Assembly (NCBI GenBank): GCA_040954595.2
Contig: CM082578.2
Location: 14,166,304 to 14,230,303, forward strand
Length of the DNA: 64,000 nucleotides
Reading direction: 5' to 3'
Origin: Balanoglossus misakiensis
Taxonomy: Eukaryota; Animalia; Hemichordata
Both the position numbers and the translations under genes were made by a program. Positions 15,101 to 30,600 of the stretch are shown in pieces. The notes under the pieces are model-generated. The model saw only the letters and a list, made by a program, of their open reading frames with translations. It ran no database searches and was not told the origin of the DNA. Position 1 is the stretch's first letter; each line of letters starts with the position of its first letter.

Positions 15101-16144
15101 TCTGTGTAAGTCGAATACATTCGCTTGATGGCCACTTTAACGTTTTTAAGGCCTTAACAAAGACAGCAGAATTTTCCATGGCGATGTATGGTGCGTAATA
15201 CAGGAAGCTGCGTGTATCCAGCATGCGCGTTTTGTGAAAAGTTCAACCATGTGCAAAAGAAAAACATATTATATTGTCAGGGAAGATCAGCGGGTCTAAA
15301 ACTAGAGTGCTGTTTATTTCTCAGTAGTGTCTACGCCATTTGATTGATTGAAGATGTTTACGTGTGACAGAAAAAAAAAGGTTCGCTGAAAGTATGTAGT
15401 GGCACTCACTGCATGCGTCAGTAGGGGGCGCCGGTTTTTTGTACCAAATGCGGCTCTTTTTGTAAGAACGAAATGACGAGTAGCATGAGTGTTGGTCGCT
15501 TGGTGGCGGGTTCCGATTTCCTGCCCAACCACCTGTTGAAATTTATGGTGCTGTTTTCAATTAACAACAGAAAATAAATATAGTAATTTTCGATATACAG
15601 CTCTGGTGTGAGACCAGGCCTGGTGTGAGACTTAAACTGCTTCAGAAATTGCTCAAGCGGTTTCAGAGAAGTTTTGTTTTACCAAAATGGTAAAAATTGC
15701 CCCCAAAACACAAAAAATCATCACCATCTTATCGAGAATCAGTTCAGGTCTCAAAATAAGTAATGCATTACAATTTTTACGAACTATTAACATGTGTGTA
15801 GTGGTTGTGCAGGGACGGTGAAGGTCCAACTGTCGTAGCGCCCTCTATAGTGGTGACAGAGTAATAAGGTCAGTAACAACGCAACGAACGCGTCGCTTAG
15901 AAGTTGACGTGGTCACCGTGCACCGTGTTGATCTCTGAAAGTGACATGTCCTCGACCTATTTTTGAATAACTGTGTTGGTTTTGTTACTGGTAAGTTAAA
16001 GGTCTACATCGATTTCAGGGAGTGTTCGATTCTGTGACATGCATCTAGTATTGTCGAGTTACTCACACCATATCCAGAGAAATTAACCACAGACCCAGTG
16101 GCGATTATTGTCCTCCAGTTTTGACAAGTTCTTCTGATCGAGTC

Positions 16145-19100
16145 ATGTCGACAGCCGAGAGTCCTCAGGGAGTCCCGTACAGTGAACTTCCCCATTTTAT
16201 AAACAAGGACGGGCTACACATTTACACAAGATGTTGGGAACCAGAAGACAGCACCACACCAAGGTAAGTCATCATGGATCATGATGACGACTGGGATATG
16301 CAGACAGTTACAGTACAGTTGTCCTACTATTCCCAGATCACCGTCACGCCCACACTGTACGTGTGAGTGTCTGACATGATAGGTAATCTTCAGAATCGCC
16401 ACTCGTGGTTGGCACTTGATTTGAAATGTACCTCGGAATAGGACAAGGAACTGACCATTTCCTTCCAATGAGCTCTAAGACAATTACTAGTAAACAGATA
16501 GACCACAACCCTGGTTTATATATGCTCTATGGCATTAGAGTGTCAAATTCCAGGAACATACACATGTATGTTGATATACAGGTTGGAAGTTAGACATTGT
16601 ACTTCACACGTTTGAAGGAGCCAGATAATATTTAACTTCTCGTATCAGACAAGATTAGGGTCACCGTTTTTAAAAGCTCTCATTTGGTAGTGGGAGATGT
16701 GTATGTGTACCGGTATGTATGTGTGTTTGTGTGTGTGTTAGTACATTGCCTACTAAAGGGTGTGAAAGGAGTATCTGATCAGTTGGTTACCATCTTTGGT
16801 TGTTTGTTTTTTCATCTTTAGGGGTGTGGTGTTGGTACTGCATGGATTAGGCGAACACTGTGGCAGATATGATACTGTGGCAGAACCACTGGTTGGGACT
16901 GGAATGGTGGTATTCGCACATGACCACGGTGAGATGATAGTTTTAACACCCAAAGTTACAACTTCTGTCCTGGGCATGTCAGATCATATGTATAAGGAAA
17001 TTCTACAGTATGATTGGCATATACATGTACCAATTTGAAATGAATCCTTCTACTGAATTTCAGCATATTCCCAGGAATTTCTCATACAGTATTAATTGAC
17101 TTGCGTAACCATGCCAATGCAAGTACATTGTACTAGAGGACAAGGGGATACTCCTCTAATGATTCAAAGGTGGCAAAGATTGTAATTTGTTCATTTACAT
17201 GTATTGTTCCTCAACAGTTGGACATGGACAAAGTGAAGGGGTCAGAGTGGACATTAAAGACTTCCATATTTACATCAGAGATACACTACAGCATGTTGAC
17301 ATCATTACAGAAAAGTATCCGGGATTACCACTTTTCCTGATTGGCCATTCCATGGTGAGCTTGTTTGAATGTTCTATGCGATTGGTTATTCCAGTGTGTG
17401 CTGTGATTGGCCATGGCAATGATTAGCTCATTTGCATATATGATGAGCCATGTCAGATGTAAGCTCAATTGCACATTTTTCAAAGATTGTTTTTCTCCAT
17501 CTCAGCTCTATCAGCTATGATAACTTAATGTCTTTGTTACTAGTAATGTGCTGTCAAGTGCACTTTGGAATTCTGCTGCTTAACAACATATATATATATT
17601 ACACACCCAATGAACACAAGCACTTAGATCACTGGAGCTTGCATAACACTCGGACTCTGTAGCAGAATCCACAGGAGGGAAAGCCATAATCAACAGAATG
17701 ATCACATTCATTCCACTTCAATGTTCAGCAAACCGGCCATACAAAGCATCCCTTGTGATTCCGCACTGAGAAGTAAAATCTAATTTAATCTACTCAATTT
17801 GTATTGGGTCAAATTGTCTGAATGATGACTTCTATAGATAAATTCTAGTGCCAACTACTCTCCTAATAAATTGCTTGTCAGTTTACTTGCCCTTGTGATG
17901 TTGGGGTTTGCCAAATAAAAATACTATGCATGAGTTAATACTTATTTAAGTATGACAAATAGATTGCAGCCATCACAAAGTGGAGTCATCTAGTTGCACT
18001 TTGTAGTAACGACGGCTATGTGTGAGAGAGTTCTCTACAGTTTGTACACCCTATCGCTATGAAGTATTGATTACGTAGCATATCAATTTCAGTGAAACCA
18101 GAGGCCCTCTATTCTAAGTAAAATGCCATGTACATTATTTTATTTGAAATTGAATGCAGCCAGCATTGAGTTTTAACTGGAGAGTGATACGAGAGTTGAC
18201 AAGCTACAGTGGCAAGGGTTGGCCTTCCACATGAAAACTCAATTACCATGGATGTAGAAATGTAATGCACATTGTCATGCAATATGTGCAGCTTTGCAGA
18301 TTATAATATAAAAATGAAAGCTGTGTCTGGGAATGAATGGATTTGATTTCTGTGAGCAATTTTAAATTTTGTTCCCAGACTGATTTTTACTCCAGTCCTA
18401 TGTCTACTACTCACAAGAACAATGTGGACTTCAGTATTGCTGGCATATCTGCATATTTAACATAGTTTTGCTGTTTATAATTATAATGTTATATTTTTTT
18501 CCCATGATAGGGTGGAACCATAGCAATACTGAGTGCTTTAGAAAGACCAGAGCAGTTTGCTGGAGTTGTGCTTATAGCACCTGCAGTGAAGTCAAACCCA
18601 GAGACAGCTACAACGTGTCTTGTAAGTTTTGATGCAATCGATACAGTCTGGCCGCGGTCACTCCATAAAGTGACCCATAATCTGATGTTTTTTTAGAAAA
18701 ACATTGTGACAGAACAGCTGACTGACTTGTTTGATTTATAGATTTAGAAAAATAAGCATGTCGACAAACAATATTATTCATACCATCCCAACACCACAAA
18801 CACCTCTACAAATCATTTTTCAGTGCAGTAACCGCATGGTATGGTGTCATTCTTGTTACATGTACCTCGTCGTATAGTGCTTGAGTTTCTTTATTGTTTT
18901 TACTTTCAGGTTTTCCTGGCCAAAGTGGCAGCTTTCTTGTTTCCGCAGTTACAACTGGACAGCATTAAAGCAGAGCATGTTAGCAGAGATCCTAAAGAGG
19001 TGACTTAAGTTTCATTGCAATTTTCACCAATCACTGTCATCTGTGCTATGTCACATGACGGTGTTTCGACTAATGAGGCACTTTGAATGTAAAATTAAAG

Positions 19101-20466
19101 GTATACAATCATACTTTATTTATATTTGCCCATATATACGTATAAAAGTGTGATGCCTCCATCAATTTCTGTTCATCCTTGCACTTTACAGGTAGAGCTA
19201 TACAACACAGACCCCTTGATCTGGCACGGTGGTATAAAAGCCAGGTTTGCCGTTCAAATTTTACGTGCCTTTTCCGAGATCGAAGCGAGAGTGTCTGAAA
19301 TCACCTGGCCTTTCCTTGTACAGCAAGGTGACAAGGACAAACTGGTGGAGGTGTCTGGAGCCACATTCCTGGCAGAGAACGCTCCCAGTAAAGACAAACG
19401 CCTACAGGTAGGTACATCCCTGCAGTGCTGAGAGTTGAATTATGATAGAGACACCCATTAATCAATCCAGATACGATATTTATCTCTGATATGTAACCCA
19501 TAGATATGTTTCCTCAAAGGAATCCTTTCAATGTTTATACTAGTACATTGCACTAAGAGTTGTAAATTCTTAGTTCAAATGTGTTTAAATTCACATCATC
19601 TGATAATATCACTGGGAGCTAGCTGACATAATTTTCCTTCCACCCACCATACAAACAAATTATGTTAGACTACCAGCATTACTACTCCAAAGATTTTAAT
19701 CAGCAGCAATTTGTCAATACATTACAATGACACTAACATATATCAAGTCTGTAGTGTCCCTCCATCAGAGCTAATGGATATTAGTATTAAAACCGGAAAA
19801 AAAGTTCAACTGTACTTTCAACTCCCAGAGCTGTTCTGTGAAAAGTGGCAGTCAATGTAGAACATGAAAACAATTTTCTCCAAATTGCATCATTACATGA
19901 TATCAGATTTATAGATTGGCCTTTACTGACATTATGAAATAATTCCCAACTCGAGAGGGAAAAATAACTGCTGGCCACAAGAAGTCAGAAACAGGATTGA
20001 GCACGCGGGAAAAGGGGATTAAAAAGTGCATTTGCTTTCACTGTTATTTAGGTCACCTCCCAAACGTATTCTTTGCTTAATCTGCACAGAAATGTTCTCG
20101 GTAAAAGTATTTGACACTAAGTCTTGTCTAGAAGGCTCTGGTACTTTTAATCAAAATCTGTTCATTTCTTTTCAAAATATTTGTTCACTTGCAGCTAAGA
20201 TTAATGCTTATGCACCCAGATTAATTCTATAAGTCCCTCTGAGAAAATTATCAAGACCATGTTTTGAATCCTATCCAAGATTTTCGCTATCTAAACCATG
20301 CCTTCTTTTTTCCCCCTTTCCATAGATGTATCCAGACCATTTCCATGCTTTACACAGGGAACCACCAGAATATGCCTCAGTTGTCATTCAGGACCTGACA
20401 TCGTGGATCGCGCAGAGGTTGGAGCAAGCGCCGTCCAAACCTGAGGACGTTCAGCTCAGAGAATAA
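16145..20466 (+). CDS. MGLL: Monoglyceride lipase (alpha/beta hydrolase)
   Basis: Seven exons: 16145-16263, 16822-16928, 17218-17353, 18511-18621, 18910-18999, 19192-19407, 20326-20466. Motifs include [31 protein letters not shown], the nucleophile elbow GHSMGG, QGDKDKL (catalytic Asp) and HALHRE (catalytic His). Confidence 0.95.
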
Positions 20467-23400
20467 GAGTTTCAACCAATCTTAACATTTCAAGTTCTTA
20501 AGTTTTGCAGTTACTAGGAAAAATAGGTGTGGTGAAATGGGGCAAAGATGAGCATACTCTCATTATGCATTCTATCATGGTAAAGAGTAAAGGAACTGGT
20601 GTTGATAATTTATCACTGTTGGTTTTTACAACGTTAGCTTGATTACTATGCACAGTTCTTGTATGTGCGAGCCATATTTAGAGTTTCACCGCCCTCGTAA
20701 AAATTCACGACTGTGCTGGGTCTCACAGGTGAACATTTTCCTGGTCATTGAAATCTTTGAATTTCTCTGCATCATAACTATGATGGTACATACACCACAG
20801 CATAGATTACAGGTTGGCACAATGTAGACCCTCATGTCCGAGACAGCAGTGTGGTAAAATGTTACAAAGAATCAGTGATGTAGACTTGTTTCAGGAAAGC
20901 TGTGCTAGATCAGACTACAGTCAGGCACAGCGCATCGTATTTGAATATAGATGTGTGTTTTTATGGCACTTACAAACTTTATAGCCGGGGTCACATGCTG
21001 CGTTCAGCCACTTTGTGGTGACCGACAATTAGCCACATCACTGAGAAAATGCTGTCTTTGTACCTGCCACCATTATTGCTGTTTAACCTAATTCTAAGCA
21101 TGACTAAATAAGCGCAAGGAAATGAATTTTGGTATCCATGTCAATAGCCCAGTCTTCCTGAGAGAAATGGTGACTGAACTGCTAACTTCTTGCCCCCAAT
21201 ATTCATATTGGCCAACAAAACTTTACTTCAGTGTCCATTTATACATGAGAGAGTTAACTCATGGAATAAATTGTACAATTTTATCAGTGACTATTGTGTA
21301 AATATATTCAACACTTCCTCATATCACTAGAAATACATGTACGTGACTGCAATATTTTTTAATTAAGATGAATCTGAGCTATATCTGTATGTTAATTTTC
21401 TTCTTAAGCGCTGCTTTTGATATTCAGGTGTTCATGAGTTCATGCCATTAGATTTTCCCCTATTGCCCTACTTTGAGTTTACAGCAGACATTTGGAGTGG
21501 CAGTGAAAGTTGATTTCCACAGGGACTTTGCACTTATTGCAAAAGCAAGCTATTTCAAGGGCTGATTTGAAATTGCCAGTCACTTTTAATATAAAAAAGG
21601 GAATATCTATACAGTCACAGTATAGTTTGTTCACTCTTGAAATGATTGGAACAGACTGCTGTGTGTTGAGAGCCACTGATGAGATGGTACTTAAAAAGCA
21701 AAGTGCCAACTGCCAAGGCAAGGCTCAAAGTGAAGTGGTTGGTATTTTTAGTCACATAGCAGCATTTTATAGATATGTGCCAAGTCATGACTGTTGGCCT
21801 CATTTTTAATTTTGGAAAATCTTTGTACACATGTAGGTTTCAATGTCATGATTTCCTTTCCTTTCAAAAGTTTCAAAATTTAAAATGGTTTTATTTTTCA
21901 AAAAAATATTTCCAAAATGTACTACTAGCAGATTCCTTAAAGGGGAAGAGTTGTTTTCCTTTGACTATTTCTATCTTTTCATTTTGTATGAAAAGCTTAT
22001 GTTGTTGAAGTATTCACCTGTTTAATATAGACATCGGCAAAGTGTAACTTGTGATGTAATCAATAAGGTCAGCACAGTTCAGTAAAACAATAAATACAAA
22101 TATTCAACATAATATCAAAAGTAAGCAACTTTGCCCCTTTAAATTTTATATACAAAGTGCCTAAACTAGACTATGCACTAAACTAGATTGTAAGTTGTAA
22201 ATTTCACTTTGACTTTTTCAGAATATTATACACTGTAATTATACATAATTGTTCGAACTTTCAAAGGTTAATTGTAATCTTGGGTTAAATCCCTGATCCT
22301 TTTTATTGAAATAAAAGACTGAATATAACTCAGTAATTCAAGTTTAAACTGACCTTGTCTGTCGTGCATCAGTCTGTTTGAGAAATACACAAAATATGGC
22401 CTTATAGAGTGCAAGGTGACACCAAGGAAAAGGTAATTACAAAAGTCTGTTATCTGCAAAAACTGGGAGAATTAACTTGAGATATACATGTATCACAAAA
22501 GTCTGTATCAAATTGACCTTGCCAGTGATGTGACCTGGATTTAAGTTCACCTGGGTTCATTCACAGATTCATTACTTGAACTAAATCTTGCTGCATCTGA
22601 AGTTGCCTAAGTACACATGTGAGAGTTGGAGATATATACCGCAATAGTCGTGTATAATCCCCCAGAGTCTTTCCAAGTGTTCATCATCCTACTTGTGTCG
22701 AAATTGCTCTGGGAGATGCGCATTTAAATGTGCTTTAAACACCCAAGATGAGATTTCTGGAATTGTACACTGTTATGATCTCACTGGGATTGGTGTAGTG
22801 TAGAAACACAGACAATTATCTGTAGGTGATGTAGCTGACACTGCACAGACTAAAAAATGTGGGAGAAATGCTTGATGGTGCATGAAATTGAAATTTAACT
22901 TTCGACTCTACTGCCAACAGTAACCTGGTGATTTTGGCTTTTCTTTTATTAATGAACAGATAGCACTCATAAATGACAAAGTTGAACAATTCATGCATTA
23001 AACCACTCCAAGCGGATGAACTACATTGTACATTGACATGAAGGCATGTCAGTGTATAGGGTTACCACATACATACATGCTTTTCAATGTTTCATCTTTG
23101 TTTAAGTCAGTATGGGCTTCGTTGCCATTGGTGACAATTCAATTTCTGATTGAATAGAAATGAAATTGTATGTGTAGGCGCTCAAGTATACGTGAGGTTC
23201 GCACTCCATGATTTGGTATTCATAAATACGGTATAACTAAATCTCAGGAAAATCAGCTCTTTTATGTAAATTTCTCACTTGAAACCGATCATTTCCTTTC
23301 TCCATTGCAGTTAGAGGTATTAGCCTACATACTGACTTTATAATGAGTGCTATATGCAACTGACCCCAACAAGTGAACTGTCATAATTTCACTTTACTCT

Positions 23401-26400
23401 GAAAAATGGATTCTGTTCACTAATTAATGCTTCTCTCACACGCCACAATTAAACTTGCAGCTCCAATTTTCTGCATCAACAAGGAAGACAAGTTCACCTT
23501 GAATGACATGCCTATATTGACACCACTAGGAGACAATTATCATGTATTATTCACACAATTGTAATTGGTGTCGTCAGCGCATGAAGCTATACCCTCGTAA
23601 CATAATCGCACACTGTGTGGACATCTTCAATTTCATCAATCACTATCGGGCCTGACAATCAAACCTCATCTATGTTCTATAAATGGACACTGCACTGTAC
23701 TCAGGTGGAGTGGACCAGGTCATATGATCGATGTGTATAGTCATGTTCTGTCTGCCGATGCAACGATGCGTTATAAGACTGAGCAGCTTTTGCCCCAAGG
23801 TCCGATCGACCTGCATTCCCATCACTGCATGTCTACAGGTACATTGACAGCCATGGCGAGTGATGCAATATGCACTTTCACAAGTAGATATCCCAGTTCT
23901 AGTATTTCAATTTACAGGAAGCTAAAGAGCAATGTCATATAGGAAAATAAAATAAAATAAAATATATATCTCACACATTGACATGAATCATTATTAAAAG
24001 CACACAAAATGATAGAAGGCAAGCAATCTAAAGCCTGCTAGGAATTTAGTACCAAACATGAGCACATTAAAATAGCACCATATGGAAAGAAAATATCATT
24101 TATAGCAGTAGTCATAAAATATTAGCACACGTTTGAGTAAATATGGACCCAGTTTCACTGAAACTAGGGCAAAGATGATTAACTACGGTTACACGCTTGC
24201 CAACCAGTGGGACCTCACTGACCTATGACCCCAACCCTGGCATGATCTGAGCTCTCTGTCATAATCGTACATATGCATAACTCTCATTTCTATGAAAGGC
24301 AGGTTTTTAAAAACTTGATTGGCAGTTGTCTAATAAAAGCAGTATTGATAATTAAATAAAAAGGCTTGAATAGAGGCCACAATAGATCAACATTTTGATT
24401 ATTTATTTTCTACAAACATGTTTTGCATTAATTTTAATGTTATTCTCCAACTGTATAATTTTTATATTGATTCTATCTCACTTGGATTTATCATGATATT
24501 CTTGTTCTGTTGATCTTTGAATTTACAATCACTGAATAATTGTATAATCCACTCTAACTATGTTTGATCGATTAATATAACTGAACATTTGAGACCAACC
24601 AGTATCAGAACAGCTGTACACAGACCTGGATGCATCTTTGATTCTTATCTTAATTCCAGTTCACTTATTTCAATTCATTATGTCATAAATCACCACCAGC
24701 TAAAGTGGAAATTGAATGTTCTTCACTTTTTACAAGCCACAAATCTGCAATATAAGTGGTGATTATAATCAATCCGGGAATTATCTTTCACATGCATTAC
24801 GAGGCTAACATCATTATTGTACGTCATCAATCAAACCCCACGATAATGCCACAAACACATGATACGTTTATCCAGCTATGAAAGTTTACCGGATCTAATT
24901 AGTACCAATTTACATGGTCCATGAAAGCCTTTGCAAATGACGTAAATGCTACATGTACGTCTGCAGGCAAAAAGATTCTTGCAGATTTTTTTCTCCCAGA
25001 AGATGAGAAACACACAGCTTATCATTTATGTGGTAATTCTCATGTATGTGTGTAACTTTTCTCCATTTACATGGAACAATTCTTATTTTGTTTCTGATAG
25101 GTTTCTCTTTCTTCTCTCAATGTTAAACATTTCTTTACAGTCTTGTGAGGTCGATGCGTCTTCTGACAAAGTAGAATATGCACAACAGAAAGTCAAGAGA
25201 GACAGCAGATTGTACAACTGTCAATTTCACATCAATCATATTCACACTTAATGCTTGTCAAGATCTTCTTCTGGATTTCTGTCATGAGTGAGAAACCACA
25301 ATTAATTGCTCCCAGAGGATAGCATATAACAAAAGGATGCTATCAAAGTGCAAATATTGTACGTCATAAATCCAATTAGATATTTCAATGGCAACTCTGA
25401 AAGGTTTTTTTGCCGACAATTAATGACATATTTCATGACCACGGTTAATGCAGACCTCTGTGCATTGATTACAGAGGAATATATATGACAGATCAATGAC
25501 AGAAAAATGCAAACTCTGATGAATAATTTGATGTGATATTTCAGGGGCACCTCATTTTTCTGACAATTAACGGCACATATGGACCTTGGAAATATCGATG
25601 TACATGTAATCCTGTTTTAATCACGTTTATCCGACTACTCACTGGAAACTGAATGTCAGCTTAAAATGAGGCGTGAGATTTTAAGGTCACAAAATGTCAT
25701 CAAGTGATTAAGATGCAAAATTCTGAAGAGTGTTTCTATAGATTGAAAATGGTTGCTTTTAAGTTAATTATTTAGAGAAGATTTTGACCAGACTGATAAA
25801 GAGAATAGAAATTGGATGACATGAATGCCCTAGAGTGATAAGACATATTTCAATTACTCCCACACAGGACAAAATATTCAGAGTCATTGGATATTCCACT
25901 GGTAATTGGTTTTGTGATGGTGGAAAATTTTCAATTAAATTGTAAAAATGATATATATGATCCAGATATCATTATCATTCCTTTTTAAATATTTCTTTTA
26001 AATATTTGCTAAATTCAGGACATCTTTAAATTTGCTTTGTCATAAAACCAACAGAATTTTTAAATTATCTTGGTGTAAAGTAGTTTGAGCAAGCACTAAC
26101 ATGCAGGTCCTGTCTGCACAAGAGTGGCTACAAGTGATAGATTATCGAGTTCAGATATGTAGAAATAGTCAACACTCCAATATTATTTGCAGCATTATCC
26201 AGCATGTGTCTTACTATAGCTGAGGTGTCCATTCATCAATCTTTGTTTATAGACACAGAATTGTATTGCAGCCATCTATAGAAATAAACAATGACAGCTC
26301 CATCCCAAACCATGACCACAACAGTCCTTGAGTTTATTTGCGTGTAAAATTGTCACATTTGGTTATGACACTGAGAACAAAGAACAAAGCAATTTGAATC

Positions 26401-27609
26401 GAATAAATTATAGACATTTTTATTCTCTGCATTTAAACATTTATTAAAACAAAATGTTTTGCATATACACTCATAAAAAAAATTAAATGTCAAACTGAGC
26501 AACTGAAAAAAATCTAAATAAACCTTTAATACATTCATGCAATCAAGAATGTAAGAAATATAAAATGACTGAAAATGATCCAAATCACAATCTTCACTAA
26601 TGAGATAGTTTACCCTGACATGGTTAGGGCATGTGTATAATGACATGAAACAGCTGGGTTTACCAAGGTCAAATAAAATGATACATTTTGATGAGCACAG
26701 CTGTTGTTTTGAACATTTAAACTATCTGTTAAAACCATCAGTAATGAAGCCCAAATTAGAACACCTGGACTTACTAATTTGTTAGTTGTCTGAGATATGA
26801 GCAAACACATAGTCCATAAAGACTTATTAATTTTTTTTTTCATTTTGAAAAAAAATGACTTACGAATGCTCTTTTAATAATTCTAAAATGAAACAATCAT
26901 TTCTGTATTTCTGAATAAACTAAAAAGTATTTTTCAAATCAACAAGTAAAATATTTCATTTTCATTGAAGAGTGTCAAGCCCTTGAAAAAGTATTCCATT
27001 GTCTGTAGAGGGCGCAGTTCTATCATCCCAGCAGCATAACCCATGGAGGTACCACAGAATAAAATCACAACTGGGTTTAATCTTCATCAATAACCCATTG
27101 TTTTCAAATCAAACGGTTAGCATGGCAAAAGGAGAATATGCATATTCCACACTTTGATGTCCGCCCAGTTGCGACACCTCCTGTAGTAGCTCCATACAAA
27201 TAAAAGATATTGACGATATCAATCAAGGGCTTTCTTCTGCTTCTCAAATACTGGTATAATACAGTATCAGGAAGCAGTGTTCAGGGCCCACCCTCAACAG
27301 GAGCATCACTCTACTGCATTCAAAAGTATAATACTGCAAATGAACAAAAATACAAATTATAAAAAAAATGAACTCAGAAGACTGAATTGCACATACTTTT
27401 TGAGTAACCAACCACAAGTTCAGTGATTATCATGAAAGGTCTGTATATCTTTTGTAACATTCCTATGCATTTAATGATTTATTTTTCTGACTTAAAACAC
27501 AAATCACACGGTAAATATGCTGATATACACAGCTAGGGATGGCTGGGGTGTTCATGCAGAGGGTCACAGAAGAGAAGAAACCAGGGTTCACTTGCCTGTC
27601 TGGACCAAT

Positions 27610-30600
27610 TTAACATTCCACTCCCAGCCGAATCAAAAGCTCATCAAGGGCGTTAAGCTTCTCGTTAGCTTCAGCCATGGCGCTGAATGTTTGTACGTTG
27701 TTTGTGATGTGATAGCGGATGTCATCAACGACCGGGATGGAGTCGGTTTCTTCTCTCTCTTCAACACTGGCGGCTTCTTCTCTCACCAGTTCAGCAAACT
27801 CCTCCGTGCCGACAATCTTAAAATTGACAAAGTGAAGTGGCGATCAGTTTCAGTAATCAGAAGAAAGATCTGTTATAGTAATACATGTACTAGGATCAGC
27901 TGCTGGTGGAGATACTTGTACTTGGGCAAAACAATACACACAGAAAACAGACGGATGCTCTTACTGGGTGAAATGCAATCATAAAAAAACAAAACTCACA
28001 TCTTGACCATGAGATTACACCACACCAATAAACACCACAGTCAATATCACATCACGCAGCCTGACAGAACGAGACATACCTTCTCAAAGATGAAGGCCAT
28101 GTATTCGGCACACTGGTCTTCCAGTCGTGGCAACTCAAAGACTCTAGACGCCCTCAGCACAGTGATCACATTGTGTTCGTCCAGGTGCTGGGCTATCACG
28201 TTAGCACACACTCTCTTCAAACCGGGCAAGAGGTAACGATCAGCCACACACAGGACATCGTACGCAAGGTGCGGGGAGATCTGAAAGAATGACCAGTAAA
28301 TCACACAGTGATTTCATGTCACAGTGCCAGAAACTGTGCAGAGAGAGACTCCACGCATGACTGTGTCAAATTTTCACTAACCTGGGGAGTATCCGAATAG
28401 AGGTATCTGACAACCTCACTGAAGACACTAGCAGTTACATCTTTTAGGATCATGACAGGAATTTGCTCTTGTGTGTCTGTTTCCATCTCACAAAAATGGT
28501 CGCTTATCAGTGCCCTGAAGTAGTCACTACGGCAACAGAAGAAAACCTGGAGGAAGAATTGAATGTGAATTTTGATTCATGACAAAATGTTATAATCATG
28601 TACCGGATACTCAAAAACTTCTGTGACATGTTCTGTGTAAGTTAAACCAAAGTAATGAAATAACAACCCACCTTATGACAGTAGAAACTATGCCCTTCAA
28701 CAGAGAAACAAATATCAGCAAAGAAAGGTTTGTCCTCTTCATCCGCAAAGAAAGGCAACTCCCCGTGGCTAACCTGAACAAAATACAGCAGATATTCTCT
28801 GTTAATGTGCACTACCAGAACTTTCAATACAGAACGGTTAAGCCCCAAGAAACTAAATTGTGCTTAAATTTAAGAAAAAATATTGGTGAAAAATGCTGAT
28901 TGATACTCCTGAAATTCCACCACATCATGCACTTGACATGATTACTTACCCAATTCTTCACTTGATGTGGAATAGCCCGTTCAGCTAGTTTGCCGAGGTC
29001 ATCATGTAACTGGGTGTTGTCAGCTGGAGCCTCTACACTGATCACTGTAACACTTGTGCCAGGCTTGGAACTGACTGTGTGTGTGAGAAGAAAAGTCAAC
29101 ACTTTAATGTTAAGATACTTGTTCTGTCTGACAGTAATCCACTTATTCATCATTTCTTAACAGCATCTTCAGCATTGTTAAACTAGCTTCAGGAAAGCTA
29201 CATGTACCCGCATACACATGTACATTTCTTTACAAAAATTTCCACATCAATGTACATACCAAAAGATTCCATTTTCTTCATTGTATCTTCAATTCTCTCC
29301 ATCAACCTTGTGAGCTGACATTGCTTAGCAACCCTCATAACATCACTGATGTCATCAACATGGACTTCCATATTATCTGTCATTACAGAGTTGGTGTTTT
29401 CTTGTTATCAACTAAATCATCCAATCCATTATCCATTGTCCTTAAGTTTTCAGACTATATCATGAGCCAGAAGACTGCATGAACATCTTCTACTGTACTA
29501 GTATGAATACTCATCTAGACTATGTATCATGTATGTACTAGTATCTGAATTACAGAATTAGCTGGAACATAACAAATGCACCATTTCCATTGCAGTGAGT
29601 TCTTATCTCTCAAGGGTAGACTTTACTTGAATACTCTACAAATACTTTATTTTTACACTCACCTGTGTAAAGATAACGTAGGATGGCTTGAAAAGCTTTG
29701 GGTTGGACCTGAAACACAGAAGCAATTACCACAGATTTTCACTGCACTTGTGATACACATCACAAAAAGAAAGCTACCAAAAAAACTACAGCAAAAGCCT
29801 CATACAATCAACTATAGTTATCCCACTAAAACATGAATAAGTGTTCTCACTTTCATATAACTTGAAGCATTATGTGATTGTCGAGCAACTAGTATTGTCA
29901 ACCACTCAAAGATGTGTACTTACTAGGGGATGTCTGAGAGAAACTGTGGCTTTATCATTCCATTTGGTTTGAAACATGTCTGTAAAGTACTTTGACCTGA
30001 CAGACAGGATACACCGATGTGCAGAGAACTGTTCACCATGAACTTCAAACCAGATATCTTCATAGTTTCCACGATCTAGGAGTCTGTCAAAGTGAACAAG
30101 AACAGTTAAATACACATCCAAGTTATTCTTTGTCAGGTACAACATTTTACAGCTGACATACATTTCCAAAAAATACCCGTATAAACAGTCATGAGTTTTG
30201 ACAAAGTACCTACTTTCTCAGAAACTCCTTGTAATTGTCTCTTCTCATGTAATGAGAAGTGATGGCTTTGTAGTTCTTGAGGGTGTTACGGATTCCGTCA
30301 TTCAAAGCCCCATAAAGACAGCGCTCGCCATCAAATGTATTTGGCTCACATCTGGCACCTGTGACACAATATTAATTATGCACATGATTTTTTTTTTTTT
30401 ATGAGAGTTGTGGTTGTGCAACTTTAACCATGAATGAAAGTCTCAGAATAGGCACCAGTCTGTTCCAAATGTCACAATTGATTTCATCCAGAGAATATAC
30501 AAAATTTCAACAACTTGTATTTACTAGTAAGCAAATTGAAGAATACAAAGAATTATCAATCCCTTTGCAAAGGTAACATCTTTTCTATCATCTGAAAGAA

